Below, piece by piece: positions 17,865-27,665 of a DNA stretch of 32,000 nt (the first letter of the stretch is position 1; every line of letters begins with the position of its first letter). Under the pieces are notes generated by a model that worked only from the letters and a program-made list of their open reading frames with translations, was not told where the DNA came from and made no database searches. A program made the translations under genes and the position numbers. Source of the DNA: Pseudodesulfovibrio piezophilus C1TLV30 (GTDB lineage Bacteria; Desulfobacterota; Desulfovibrionia; Desulfovibrionales; Desulfovibrionaceae); the NCBI RefSeq assembly GCF_000341895.1, contig NC_020409.1, forward strand, positions 360,001 through 392,000, in the 5' to 3' direction.

Positions 17865-18028
17865 AGTGTGCTCCGTAATAATATACTTTCAGAAGAATAA
17901 CATTGTCTTTTTCTGGCAGCAAGAGCCGCTAGGCGTGGCTTGCGGAAAAAGCACAAGCGCGATACATCCCAATCAGTTTTGAAAATTCGAATCGACCACT
18001 TGTCACCTTCAAGGATATATCAATACAC

Positions 18029-18964
18029 ATGTCTTTGCGTATACTCCTCTTGAGTACCTCTTTATTGTTGGCCTTTCCTGTTTGGGCATACTCGTCTCAG
18101 GGGTATGTTCAAAGATTGAGCCAGAACGCGACCATTTCCTGGGACAATGGGGAGCTCCTCGTTGTGAAGGGAATACAAGGTTCTGAAGACGAAGAAAAGG
18201 CCGCTTTGACGTCGCTTTCGGTTCGTAAGGCTGTTATTTCGGCACGGAAACAAATGCTCGACATGATACTCTCGGTTCGTGTTGACTCTCGACAGACTGT
18301 TTCGGCGTATCTGTCAGAAGAGAATGAACTGGCAGAGCGTGTGAGAGGCCTTGTCCAGAATTCCCCCATTGAACGCCCCTCTGTGTTTAACGAAAATGGT
18401 GAAGTGCGTGTTTTTGAAATCTTACGTGGAAAACTCGCAGAGCTTATTTTGCCGACAACTATTCCGTTCCAAAGCGGCATTCCTCCAAAAATGGCAACCT
18501 CTTTTGAGCAAGATCTTTCTTTTCAGGAAACAGTCCCTGAACCTGTCGGGACCGGAATATCGAGATATACCGGGGTGATTATTGATGCTCGTGGTCTCAA
18601 AGTCACTCCCGCGTTAACACCGGTCATTTTTGGACAAGACGGTGTCGGCGTTTATGGGGCTTTCATGGTGAGCAGGGCTGATGCGATCAACAAAGGTGTT
18701 GTCAGTTATGTTACAACTCCCAATCCCGTAGTCCTTGAGAAACGTGTCGGTACAAATCCCTTGCTGGTTCCAGCTCTGAGCGTCTATGGATCGTGGCGGA
18801 CAGATCTTGTGATAGCCTCTCCAATGGCGCGTTTAATCAAAACTATATTGCGCTCGCCCGGTGTTCTTGAGAATTGCCGTGTCGTGGTTGTTTTGGATAG
18901 CATCGAGGGGTTGAATGTTGAAGAGGGCGTTTATTCAAGTGATTTGCCTTTAGAGGATCAATAG
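18029..18964 (+). CDS. Secreted hypothetical protein, possibly with an LPP20/FlgP-like N-terminal region
   Basis: It has the signal peptide MSLRILLLSTSLLLAFPVWA. I cannot securely recognise a family. The segment YTGVIIDARGLKVTPALTPVIFGQDGVGVYG looks like a conserved core. Confidence 0.6.
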   Translation: MSLRILLLSTSLLLAFPVWAYSSQGYVQRLSQNATISWDNGELLVVKGIQGSEDEEKAALTSLSVRKAVISARKQMLDMILSVRVDSRQTVSAYLSEENELAERVRGLVQNSPIERPSVFNENGEVRVFEILRGKLAELILPTTIPFQSGIPPKMATSFEQDLSFQETVPEPVGTGISRYTGVIIDARGLKVTPALTPVIFGQDGVGVYGAFMVSRADAINKGVVSYVTTPNPVVLEKRVGTNPLLVPALSVYGSWRTDLVIASPMARLIKTILRSPGVLENCRVVVVLDSIEGLNVEEGVYSSDLPLEDQ

Positions 18965-18966
18965 AA

Positions 18967-19863
18967 ATGTTGAAGATCAGATATTGTTTTTTCATTTTTG
19001 CTTTTCTTTTTTGTTTTCAAAGTGGTGCTGCGATGGCTCGAGAGGTGCAGGTTTTTTTGCCTATACAAGAAGATGTCTCCCCAATGGAACTTCGCCAGCA
19101 AGCCCTGACTCAAGGTTTTGCTGAAGCTGTTTTAATGGAAGCCCGTGTCATGTTGCCAGCAGAATTGGATGAATCTCGTAGTGATCTTTTCAAAGAGTAC
19201 CTTTTAACCCGAGTTGAACCGTATATCCAGGGCTATAAAGTGGTTTCATCCCAATCGACAGAAGATGGTGTTATTCTTGATCTTGATGTCAGGATTAATA
19301 AAAAACCGTTGCGTGAGGGGCTTAAAAATATGGGGTTGTTTTCAACTGTCATGGCCCCACTGGTCGCGAATGTCGAATGGGCTGCTGACATATCAGAGGA
19401 AAATCTCGTTAAATTGCGCGGATTAATGACGCTGACAGGCATTCGAAACACTCAAGGAGTTTTGCCTTCCTTAAAAATAGAAAACGGTCCTGAAGGTACT
19501 TTTAAAGGATCTCTTTTTTCGGAGAAGAAAGAATGGGCTTATATTAATAAGGATTTGTCGGTAGTATGGTTTAATCTTTGGGGCAAATATTTTCATCAAT
19601 CACAGCAAAGCCAGCCCTTAAGAGCGACAAGAAAATTATCCGTTGCAGGCTGGTTCTCTCCGGACGCAGCTTTGGAATTCGACAGGGTTCTCAAGGGCTG
19701 GGATTCTGCTGTTCAGGATGTCTCATTGGCAGAATTGAACTTGCAACCCTCCGGGGTTGGTGGGACCTGGGAACTGAGACTCCTTGATGATCAGCGTCTG
19801 GAAATGTTGCTTCAGGCGTATTTACCCCAACGGGGTGTGACCTATCAGTTGTCGGGGGATTAG
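18967..19863 (+). CDS. Secreted hypothetical protein
   Basis: It has the signal peptide MLKIRYCFFIFAFLFCFQSGAAMA. The start lies 2 nt after the previous stop codon and is preceded by GAGGA. Confidence 0.6.
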   Translation: MLKIRYCFFIFAFLFCFQSGAAMAREVQVFLPIQEDVSPMELRQQALTQGFAEAVLMEARVMLPAELDESRSDLFKEYLLTRVEPYIQGYKVVSSQSTEDGVILDLDVRINKKPLREGLKNMGLFSTVMAPLVANVEWAADISEENLVKLRGLMTLTGIRNTQGVLPSLKIENGPEGTFKGSLFSEKKEWAYINKDLSVVWFNLWGKYFHQSQQSQPLRATRKLSVAGWFSPDAALEFDRVLKGWDSAVQDVSLAELNLQPSGVGGTWELRLLDDQRLEMLLQAYLPQRGVTYQLSGD

Positions 19864-19878
19864 AAGAGGAGGGGAGGA

Positions 19879-20445
19879 GTGGCTCAAGACGACATATGGA
19901 CAATTCCCAACATTCTTACCCTAAGCCGGATTCTTTTGACTCCGGTTTTCGTCATGGCGTATACGAGTGAAAATTTTAATTTGGCGTGGATTCTTTTTGC
20001 TATAGCGGGATTAACTGATGCTCTAGATGGTTTTTTGGCCCGTATTTGGAATCAACGGACACAGCTCGGTGCCATGCTGGATCCACTGGCGGACAAAGCC
20101 CTCTTGGTGACATCTTTTGTTTGCCTTGCCCTCAAGCTTTGGCTGCCAACTTGGTTGGCTGTCCTGGTAGTCAGTCGTGATGTCATCATCATTGGTGGGT
20201 TATTTGCCCTGAATCTCTGGGGTGTTGATGTAAAAAATCGTATCCAACCAATCTGGGTTAGTAAGCTGACGACTGTTGTCCAAATATTTTTGATCATTTA
20301 TGTGATGATTACTCGAACGTTTTCTCTAGAGTTTCCTTTCATACTCAACATAATGGTATGGGTGACAGCCTTTTTGACGATTTGGTCTGGAGGCGCTTAT
20401 TTAAAGAGAGGATTCGCTTTATTCGAGGAAGTGAATGGAGATTAA
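19879..20445 (+). CDS. pgsA: CDP-diacylglycerol--glycerol-3-phosphate 3-phosphatidyltransferase
   Basis: It has the CDP-alcohol phosphatidyltransferase motif DALDGFLAR-X8-GAMLDPLADK and the N-terminal segment IPNILTLSRI. It uses a GTG start after GGAGGGGAGGA. Confidence 0.88.
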   Translation: MAQDDIWTIPNILTLSRILLTPVFVMAYTSENFNLAWILFAIAGLTDALDGFLARIWNQRTQLGAMLDPLADKALLVTSFVCLALKLWLPTWLAVLVVSRDVIIIGGLFALNLWGVDVKNRIQPIWVSKLTTVVQIFLIIYVMITRTFSLEFPFILNIMVWVTAFLTIWSGGAYLKRGFALFEEVNGD

Positions 20446-20487
20446 AATAAAGCCCGATTGTTGCAACAATCGGGCTTTATTTTAATC
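20440..20487. terminator. Bidirectional terminator formed by a perfect 48-nt palindrome
   Basis: 20440-20463 is the exact reverse complement of 20464-20487. The GC core GCCCGATTG/CAATCGGGC is flanked by A/T runs. The left arm includes the pgsA stop codon. Confidence 0.75.
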
Positions 20488-20506
20488 AGTGTCGTCTGAC
20501 ATTTGA

Positions 20507-20695
20507 CTAATTTTCCTTTTTATCCTCATTTTTGGGAGTCACATCAATCTCTTCAGGCTCGCTGGAAGCCCGTTTGAAATTGCTGATGGCCTGTCCAATG
20601 CCGCCGCCTATTTCAGGCAACTTTTTGGCACCGAAGATGACCAGCACGATAACGAGGATAATCAACAGTTCCCATACTCCAAATCCGCCGATCAT
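20507..20695 (-). CDS. tatA: Twin-arginine translocase subunit TatA/E
   Basis: It is 62 aa. The segment [41 protein letters not shown] is a canonical TatA TM helix plus amphipathic helix. Confidence 0.92.
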   Translation of the reverse strand: MIGGFGVWELLIILVIVLVIFGAKKLPEIGGGIGQAISNFKRASSEPEEIDVTPKNEDKKEN

Positions 20696-20918
20696 ATAGA
20701 GCCTCCAATAGTAAAAATCTCTGAATTTCGAATGATGAGGTCATACACCTGCGCACAGTTAAGGTCAAGATAATGGACCTTTTTGTCTGATAAAAAAGCG
20801 AAGTTTAAAAGCGTTGCTTCAACCTTTACAATTACACCATGGGGCTTTACATCTTGTAAGCGAAACAAGCTGTTGCAATCATCATTCTTGGACGAGAAGG
20901 TGAACTGAAGGTGGCGAA

Positions 20919-21299
20919 ATGGCAGAGATCAAACAATTGCCCGGTACTGGGTGCCTACATCATGAAACAGCACGATGTTTCTATCAAGAGCATTTGAACC
21001 CAGGGTATTATACCCGGTGGCGATGTCGGGTTCTCGTTCATTGGGGTGATGCCTATGATGATTTTCTCGATAGAGTCGGTGCATTCAAAGTCGATGACTC
21101 ATCGGTTCCCGATTTGTGGGAGCGGCAATTCCAACGGTTGGCACGCGATGTTTTTCATTGTCTTGACTATACTCATGCCCCCAATAATGACATCCCTCAT
21201 TGTGTTTATGTTGTTGATGGACTTTGTCTATTGAGCTTGCCAAAGTGCACGGGAAGATGTCGCCATTTCCGCCTTGATCGGAGTCGCCAGTCCATTTGA
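20919..21299 (+). CDS. Hypothetical Cys/His-rich protein (126 aa)
   Basis: AAGGTGG lies 5 nt upstream of the ATG. It has coding-like codon usage, 9 Cys and 9 His. I recognise no family. Confidence 0.55.
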   Translation: MAEIKQLPGTGCLHHETARCFYQEHLNPGYYTRWRCRVLVHWGDAYDDFLDRVGAFKVDDSSVPDLWERQFQRLARDVFHCLDYTHAPNNDIPHCVYVVDGLCLLSLPKCTGRCRHFRLDRSRQSI

Positions 21300-21320
21300 A
21301 TCGATTTAAGGAGACGTACT

Positions 21321-22118
21321 ATGCTGTTAGCCTTTCCACATATGCATTCGGAATTTCTTCCCACTGAGCTTGTAGGGAAAGTCTCGACCTTTGACCCCGG
21401 GATGGTGGAGCAGGATGTTGAAGGAGGTTTTCGTCCTGGAAATTTACCTCTTGATTCCAAGACTGCTCACACTTTGATTGACGACTGTATTCGGTTTGGC
21501 GAACAGTTCAAAGACCCGAGTGAAATGGCATATTTTGGCGTTATGTCCACAGAAGAGTTTTACGAAGGATCCTCTCTGTCCATACGTGCGCAGTTGACTC
21601 GTCAGTTTGATGACGGGAAGGGGACGAAAGCCGCAAGGGAAGAAAAAGAGGCTTTTTCAAAGGCTCAGTTTATTCTGTTGTTGGCCTGGTTTTTTGAGGA
21701 GCGAATGATTGAACTGAAAAAACTCGAAAGAGGTATCAAGGATTCATGGAAGTCCCTTGATACCACTTTAGGGATGGAAGATGAGGATCGTGTCAACGGT
21801 CGTGTGCTTGAATTGAGCGCAACAGAAAGCCACACGGGCGGGCAATTGGATGAGCAGAGAGTTCGTCTTCCATGGCACCGGATTATTGAAGCGCTTCCTC
21901 TTTTCTTGCCAGCAGAAGCTATTCTTTTTTGTACTGAGCAGGAAATTTATGCTCACTGGAGGGAATTGGAAATAGATTTCAGTCCCGCACCAAAAGGCAT
22001 GGAGTTACCAGAGGGGGCTCAAATAGCTTCACAGCCTGTCTGGAGGTTTGCCGGTCGACGTAAGCAGCCGAGCACCCCCTCTCTTTTGTCAGAAGTGACT
22101 GTCGCCATAATGGAATAA
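21321..22118 (+). CDS. Hypothetical protein (265 aa, acidic)
   Basis: AAGGAGA lies 7 nt upstream of the ATG. It is tightly packed between the previous ORF and the HAD gene. I recognise no family. Confidence 0.6.
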   Translation: MLLAFPHMHSEFLPTELVGKVSTFDPGMVEQDVEGGFRPGNLPLDSKTAHTLIDDCIRFGEQFKDPSEMAYFGVMSTEEFYEGSSLSIRAQLTRQFDDGKGTKAAREEKEAFSKAQFILLLAWFFEERMIELKKLERGIKDSWKSLDTTLGMEDEDRVNGRVLELSATESHTGGQLDEQRVRLPWHRIIEALPLFLPAEAILFCTEQEIYAHWRELEIDFSPAPKGMELPEGAQIASQPVWRFAGRRKQPSTPSLLSEVTVAIME

Positions 22119-22133
22119 CCTCGGAGATGATCT

Positions 22134-22814
22134 ATGGCGTTGGCCAATCCACTTATGAATGTCAAGCTCCTTGAAGGGCTTAAATGTGTTATATTTGATT
22201 GTGATGGGGTTCTTATAGATTCATTACAGGCGAATATTCACTATTATGGAAATATAAAAGAACAATTGGGACTTCCTCCTCTCACTGCTTCAGAAATAAA
22301 ACATGTTCACATGTTTACGCATAGGGATGCCATCAAACACATCGTTCCTGATGAGCTTTTCGAACAGGCTTGGGAAGTGGTGCGGAATTTTGATTCCAGC
22401 AGCTTGACGCAATACATGACGCGATCTGAAGGGGTTCGTGAGTTCCTGTGCTGGTTGCGGGACACAGGATTTAAACTTGCCGTCAATACCAGCCGGGCAG
22501 ATTCGATGGACTTTATCTTGAAGCTTATGGATCTGGAGGGTTTTTTCTTTCCGGTCATGACTTCCGGGAAATTGGTTTCACCGAAACCTCATCCTGAAGG
22601 AATGTTCAAAATTTTGAGAGAGCTGGACATGCAGCCTGAAGAAGTTGCGTATATAGGTGATTCCTTGGTCGATGAAAAAGCTGGGCGTGCATCGGGAGTC
22701 CGATTCTGGGCATATAGGAATCAATCTTTGTCCGCTCAGGTTCATATTGAGAGCTTTTGGGATATCAAGGCCGCAATGCAGCGTTGTTATAAGGGATTTG
22801 CTCCAAGATTTTAA
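22134..22814 (+). CDS. HAD family hydrolase (phosphoglycolate phosphatase-like)
   Basis: It has HAD motif I (VIFDCDGVLIDS), motif II (AVNTSR) and motif III/IV (KPHPE...YIGDSLVD). Confidence 0.85.
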   Translation: MALANPLMNVKLLEGLKCVIFDCDGVLIDSLQANIHYYGNIKEQLGLPPLTASEIKHVHMFTHRDAIKHIVPDELFEQAWEVVRNFDSSSLTQYMTRSEGVREFLCWLRDTGFKLAVNTSRADSMDFILKLMDLEGFFFPVMTSGKLVSPKPHPEGMFKILRELDMQPEEVAYIGDSLVDEKAGRASGVRFWAYRNQSLSAQVHIESFWDIKAAMQRCYKGFAPRF

Positions 22815-22901
22815 AACTTGCTTCTTGCAATTTGGTGTGCGAAATTACTCACATTGATACTATTGCAGTGGACTGAAAAATTCACTTATTCTGGAGGTTT
22901 C

Positions 22902-23213
22902 ATGGACTTGATTGTCCGCGCTATCGCAACTATTCTTGGTATTGTTCTCAACGCATATTTCTGGATTGTTATCATCTCTGCGTTGCTTTCCTGGGTAAAC
23001 CCTGACCCATATAATCCTATTGTTCGTTTTTTACGTGGGGTAACGGAACCTGTATTTTACAAAATTCGTAGTGTTGTCCCGTTTGTCGTTGTTGGAGGTT
23101 TCGACCTGTCTCCAATCATCGTTATCTTGGCTATCAAGGTGTGCGAGATTGTTGTTGTCGGTAATCTTATGCGCTTAGCCTACTCTTTTGGCTCAGGCTC
23201 TCCAATGCTGTGA
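22902..23213 (+). CDS. yggT: YggT family membrane protein
   Basis: The segment YFWIVIISALLSWVNPDPYNPIVRFLRGVTEPVFYKIR is a typical YggT pattern. GGAGG lies upstream of ATG 22902. Confidence 0.85.
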   Translation: MDLIVRAIATILGIVLNAYFWIVIISALLSWVNPDPYNPIVRFLRGVTEPVFYKIRSVVPFVVVGGFDLSPIIVILAIKVCEIVVVGNLMRLAYSFGSGSPML

Positions 23214-23248
23214 CAGATTCTTTGAGGGACTTCCTTAAGGGGGCCGAA

Positions 23249-23752
23249 ATGACCGTTTCTAAAATTGATCTCCTCAACAAACAGTTTTCTCGTAGGATGT
23301 TTGGGTATTCTCGCATTGAGGTTGACCAGTTCATGCTGGAATTGGCTGAAGTGCTTGGAAATGCTGCAGATAGGCGTAAGAATCTTAAACGGAAGATTCG
23401 TCAGCTTGAACACTCTGTAAAGGAGTATCGGCAACGCGACGAGACCTTGCGTGATACTTTGGTGAGCACCCAAAAGATGGTTGATGACTTAAAGGTATCA
23501 GCAAGTAAGGAAGCGCAATTGATCATGGATGAGGCGCGGGCAAAGGCCGATGCAACTGTGCAGAAAGGGCATAATCGGCTGGCGCAAATTCATGAAGAGA
23601 TAGAGGCTTTGAAAAGGCAGAGAAGTCGCTTTGAGATAGAATTAAAAGGACTGCTTAAGTCGCATTTGGAAATGGTGGAATTGAGCGAACCGGGAAGAGA
23701 CCAAGTCGAAGAGTTGGAGTCCAAGTTGAAATACTTAAAAAAAGTTGACTAA
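23249..23752 (+). CDS. DivIVA domain-containing protein
   Basis: It has the N-terminal DivIVA motif IDLLNKQFSRRMFGYSRIEVDQFM followed by coiled-coil sequence. Confidence 0.85.
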   Translation: MTVSKIDLLNKQFSRRMFGYSRIEVDQFMLELAEVLGNAADRRKNLKRKIRQLEHSVKEYRQRDETLRDTLVSTQKMVDDLKVSASKEAQLIMDEARAKADATVQKGHNRLAQIHEEIEALKRQRSRFEIELKGLLKSHLEMVELSEPGRDQVEELESKLKYLKKVD

Positions 23753-24059
23753 AGTCTTTGGCGTGTTTTCAAATGGAATTGTCAGTAAAAGTAATAAGAT
23801 TTATTTTTTCGCTTCGGAGCAAATTCCTCTTGCTGTGGGGAAAGCAGAAGGTGTTGAAGAACAGCTATGCCGGCTGTAGGCAATAGAGGGATAGGGAACT
23901 CAGGAGCTTTGAGTAATCGATTATTGAACCGGAATTGGATGGGATTGTCCGGTTCGTCAAATCAAAGCGAAAATTGGTTATCAATAATGCGGGAGTGGTT
24001 GATTTCAGTGCCTTTCTGACTTTGATCAAACGCAACAACCAGTAACAAAGGAGCGGTAC

Positions 24060-24290
24060 ATGGAAGCCAATGACATTGAACTCATTGTGAAGCATGAGGG
24101 AGAAGACGCCGAATTGAAGGCTCTATGGGATCAGCACATTGTATACGAAAAATTGTTAGATAAGATTGAGTCGAAATCCTATCATTCCCCTACGGAAATT
24201 CAGGAAATGAAAGAACTCAAGAAGAAAAAGTTGGCAGGTAAGACTCAGTTACAGACCCTGCTTGACAAATATAGAGGAGAGGAGGCTTAA
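24060..24290 (+). CDS. DUF465 (YdcH-like) small coiled-coil protein
   Basis: It has the pattern [14 protein letters not shown]....[26 protein letters not shown] lies upstream. Its stop codon is 1 nt before the ilvB ATG. Confidence 0.7.
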   Translation: MEANDIELIVKHEGEDAELKALWDQHIVYEKLLDKIESKSYHSPTEIQEMKELKKKKLAGKTQLQTLLDKYRGEEA

Positions 24291-24291
24291 G

Positions 24292-25983
24292 ATGAAATTG
24301 ACCGGGGCCCAGATGCTACTCAAGTGTCTGGAAGAGGAAGGAGTTGATGTCATGTTCGGATTCCCGGGTGGAGCCGTCATAGACATCTATGATGAGATAC
24401 CCAATTCATCCGTTGAGCATATTCTAGTGCGCCATGAACAAGGTGCTATCCATGCTGCGGATGGATATGCCCGGGCTACAGGCCAGGTCGGGGTATGCCT
24501 AGTCACCTCCGGCCCCGGTGCCACCAATACTGTAACCGGCATTGCTACGGCATATGCTGATTCCATTCCGGTGGTCATCTTTACAGGACAGGTCCCACGT
24601 CCTCTAATCGGTAATGATGCTTTTCAGGAAGTTGATATTGTCGGTATCACCAGGCCGTGTACAAAGCATAATTATCTGGTTCAGGATATTGAAGAACTTG
24701 CCGCGACGGTCAAGCAGGCCTTTTATCTCGCCCGCTCTGGCCGTCCCGGCCCTGTCCTTGTTGACGTACCTAAAGACGTGCAGAGTCAGATCGCGGAATT
24801 TCACTATCCAGAAAAAGTGGAGATGCGCAGCTATAATCCGACGAGTAAGCCTCATGTTGGGCAAGTCCGCAAGGTTGTCAAACTGCTGAAGAATGCAAAG
24901 AGGCCGTTGATTTATTCAGGTGGGGGAGTTGTCACTTCCGGAAGTCACGAAGAATTGACATGGCTGGCAAAAGAGCTGCACATTCCAGTGACTTCTACTC
25001 TGATGGGTTTGGGAGCATTTCCTGGTAATGACGATATGTTTCTGGGAATGCTTGGTATGCATGGAACGTATGCAGCGAATATGGCGGTGAACAATTGTGA
25101 TCTACTTTTGGCTGTGGGGGCTCGATTTGATGACCGAGTAACCGGCAAGGTTGATACCTTTGCTCCCAAGGCAACGATTGTTCATATTGATATTGACCCA
25201 ACATCAATTCAAAAAAATGTCTCGGTCCATGTTCCTCTTGTCGCTGATTGTAAGTCAGCATTGTCTGCACTGAAAAAAGAGACTCGGGCAACTCAGGATG
25301 AGTTTGATTGGGCTGCGGATCACAAGGAGTGGGTTGATCAAGTACTTGCATGGAGTGCGCAGCACCCTCTGACTTATGCGGATGATGCTGAATCCATCAA
25401 ACCGCAATATGTCGTTGAGAAAATCTACGAGATAACTCAGGGCGATGCTATTATCGCCACAGAGGTCGGGCAAAATCAGATGTGGGCTGCTCAGTTTTTC
25501 AAGTATACAAAGCCCAATACTTTGCTGACATCTGGCGGGCTCGGAACCATGGGGTACGGTTTTCCCGCAGCCATGGGGGCGCAAAGGGCTTTCCCTGATA
25601 AGCTTGTGATCGACATCGCTGGAGATGGATCTATACAGATGTGTATTCAGGAAATGATGACGGTGGTCTGTAATAAGCTTCCCGTTAAGATCGTCATTCT
25701 CAATAATGGTTACCTTGGAATGGTTCGTCAATGGCAGGAGCTGTTCTATGACAAAAATTATTGTGAGACCTGCATGGATGCTCAACCTGATTTTGTTAAA
25801 CTTGCAGAGGCCTATGGAGCTGCTGGTTATCGTGTAACTGAGAAAAATGCCGTAGAATCCACGCTTCGTGAAGCTTTTGCAATTGATAAGCCTGTCATTG
25901 TCGATATACGGGTTGCTCGGGAAGAAAATGTCTACCCAATGGTCCCGGCTGGTGCCTCGTTGACCGAGATGTTGCTGGTGTAG
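24292..25983 (+). CDS. ilvB: Acetolactate synthase (acetohydroxyacid synthase) large subunit
   Basis: It has [28 protein letters not shown] and the TPP motif [16 protein letters not shown]...GDGSIQM...[18 protein letters not shown] lies upstream of ATG 24292. Confidence 0.95.
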   Translation: MKLTGAQMLLKCLEEEGVDVMFGFPGGAVIDIYDEIPNSSVEHILVRHEQGAIHAADGYARATGQVGVCLVTSGPGATNTVTGIATAYADSIPVVIFTGQVPRPLIGNDAFQEVDIVGITRPCTKHNYLVQDIEELAATVKQAFYLARSGRPGPVLVDVPKDVQSQIAEFHYPEKVEMRSYNPTSKPHVGQVRKVVKLLKNAKRPLIYSGGGVVTSGSHEELTWLAKELHIPVTSTLMGLGAFPGNDDMFLGMLGMHGTYAANMAVNNCDLLLAVGARFDDRVTGKVDTFAPKATIVHIDIDPTSIQKNVSVHVPLVADCKSALSALKKETRATQDEFDWAADHKEWVDQVLAWSAQHPLTYADDAESIKPQYVVEKIYEITQGDAIIATEVGQNQMWAAQFFKYTKPNTLLTSGGLGTMGYGFPAAMGAQRAFPDKLVIDIAGDGSIQMCIQEMMTVVCNKLPVKIVILNNGYLGMVRQWQELFYDKNYCETCMDAQPDFVKLAEAYGAAGYRVTEKNAVESTLREAFAIDKPVIVDIRVAREENVYPMVPAGASLTEMLLV

Positions 25984-25988
25984 GGAGA

Positions 25989-26486
25989 ATGATGATGAAT
26001 AAACATACACTTTCTGTCGTAGTTGAAAATGAACCGGGTGTGTTATCTAGAGTTGCTGGGCTTTTTAGTGGCCGCGGCTTTAATATCTATTCCTTAAATG
26101 TCGCCCCCACTCTTGAAAAAGGTGTTTCACTCATGACAATCGTTGCTGAAGGTGACGATGGCATAATTGAACAGATCGTTAAACAACTACGCAAGTTAGT
26201 TCCTACCATAAAAGTCAAGGATCTCACGGAACTTCAATCTGTTGAGCGGGAGATGGTTCTGCTCAAGGTTAATGCCGAAGATTCGAAACGAGCTGAAATT
26301 CTCCGTATTGTTGACATCTTCAGGTGTAAGGTTGTAGATGTCAGCCCCGATGAGGTGACTATTGAGGTCACTGGTGATCAGGGAAAAATCTCTGCGCTGG
26401 TGAATCTGCTCAGCCGTTTCGGAATCAAAGAGATCGCCCGCACCGGGAATGTTGCCATGCAGCGTTCCATGCAGATCGACCTATAA
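25989..26486 (+). CDS. ilvN: Acetolactate synthase small (regulatory) subunit
   Basis: It has the ACT-type N-terminus HTLSVVVENEPGVLSRVAGLFSGRGFNI. There are three consecutive ATGs (25989, 25992, 25995), and 25995 has the best spacing from GGAG. Confidence 0.92.
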   Translation: MMMNKHTLSVVVENEPGVLSRVAGLFSGRGFNIYSLNVAPTLEKGVSLMTIVAEGDDGIIEQIVKQLRKLVPTIKVKDLTELQSVEREMVLLKVNAEDSKRAEILRIVDIFRCKVVDVSPDEVTIEVTGDQGKISALVNLLSRFGIKEIARTGNVAMQRSMQIDL

Positions 26487-26505
26487 TTCGCAATCAAGCG
26501 ATTTA

Positions 26506-26541
26506 CCGGGCCAAGGGAGATTCCCTTTGCCCGGATTTTTC
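26506..26541 (+). terminator. Intrinsic terminator-like hairpin between ilvN and ilvC
   Basis: CCGGGCCAAGGGA-GAT-TCCCTTTGCCCGG forms 12 bp with 1 mismatch, followed by ATTTTTC. Confidence 0.55.
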
Positions 26542-26556
26542 GCATGTTTATATAAT
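26527..26556 (+). promoter_or_regulatory. Putative sigma70 promoter for ilvC
   Basis: TTGCCC-N18-TATAAT has a perfect -10 element. It ends 48 nt upstream of the ilvC ATG. Confidence 0.4.
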
Positions 26557-26592
26557 TCAGGAAATTGCGGCCATACGTGGCGTAAAATATGA

Positions 26593-27594
<1,002 letters not shown>

Positions 27595-27618
27595 ATTCTC
27601 AAAAGAACACTAAAAATG

Positions 27619-27650
27619 AAGGGCGGCCCATGAATGGGCCGTCCTTTTTT
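27619..27650 (+). terminator. Intrinsic terminator after ilvC
   Basis: AAGGGCGGCCCA-TGAA-TGGGCCGTCCTT forms 12 bp with one G-U, followed by a T run. Confidence 0.75.
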
Positions 27651-27665
27651 GTATGAGGTGCTCCT

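Noticed and set aside
21297-21323. An in-frame TGA between the 126-aa and 265-aa hypothetical ORFs, considered as possible selenocysteine recoding or stop-codon read-through joining them.
   Set aside because: A strong AAGGAGA-N7-ATG starts the second ORF, and I see no SECIS-like hairpin directly 3' of the TGA. A shared frame has a 1-in-3 chance expectation.
23773-23886. A 37-codon ORF (MELSVKVIRFIFSLRSKFLLLWGKQKVLKNSYAGCRQ) upstream of ilvBN, considered as a branched-chain amino acid leader peptide.
   Set aside because: It has no Shine-Dalgarno site and no runs of Val/Ile/Leu codons. No terminator/antiterminator pair follows its stop codon. It is separated from ilvB by the DUF465 gene.
25255-26010. 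A 251-aa ORF antisense to ilvB.
   Set aside because: It lies entirely inside ilvB, whose frame carries unmistakable TPP-enzyme motifs. The antisense translation is low-complexity with no motif or Shine-Dalgarno site, so it is a typical shadow ORF.
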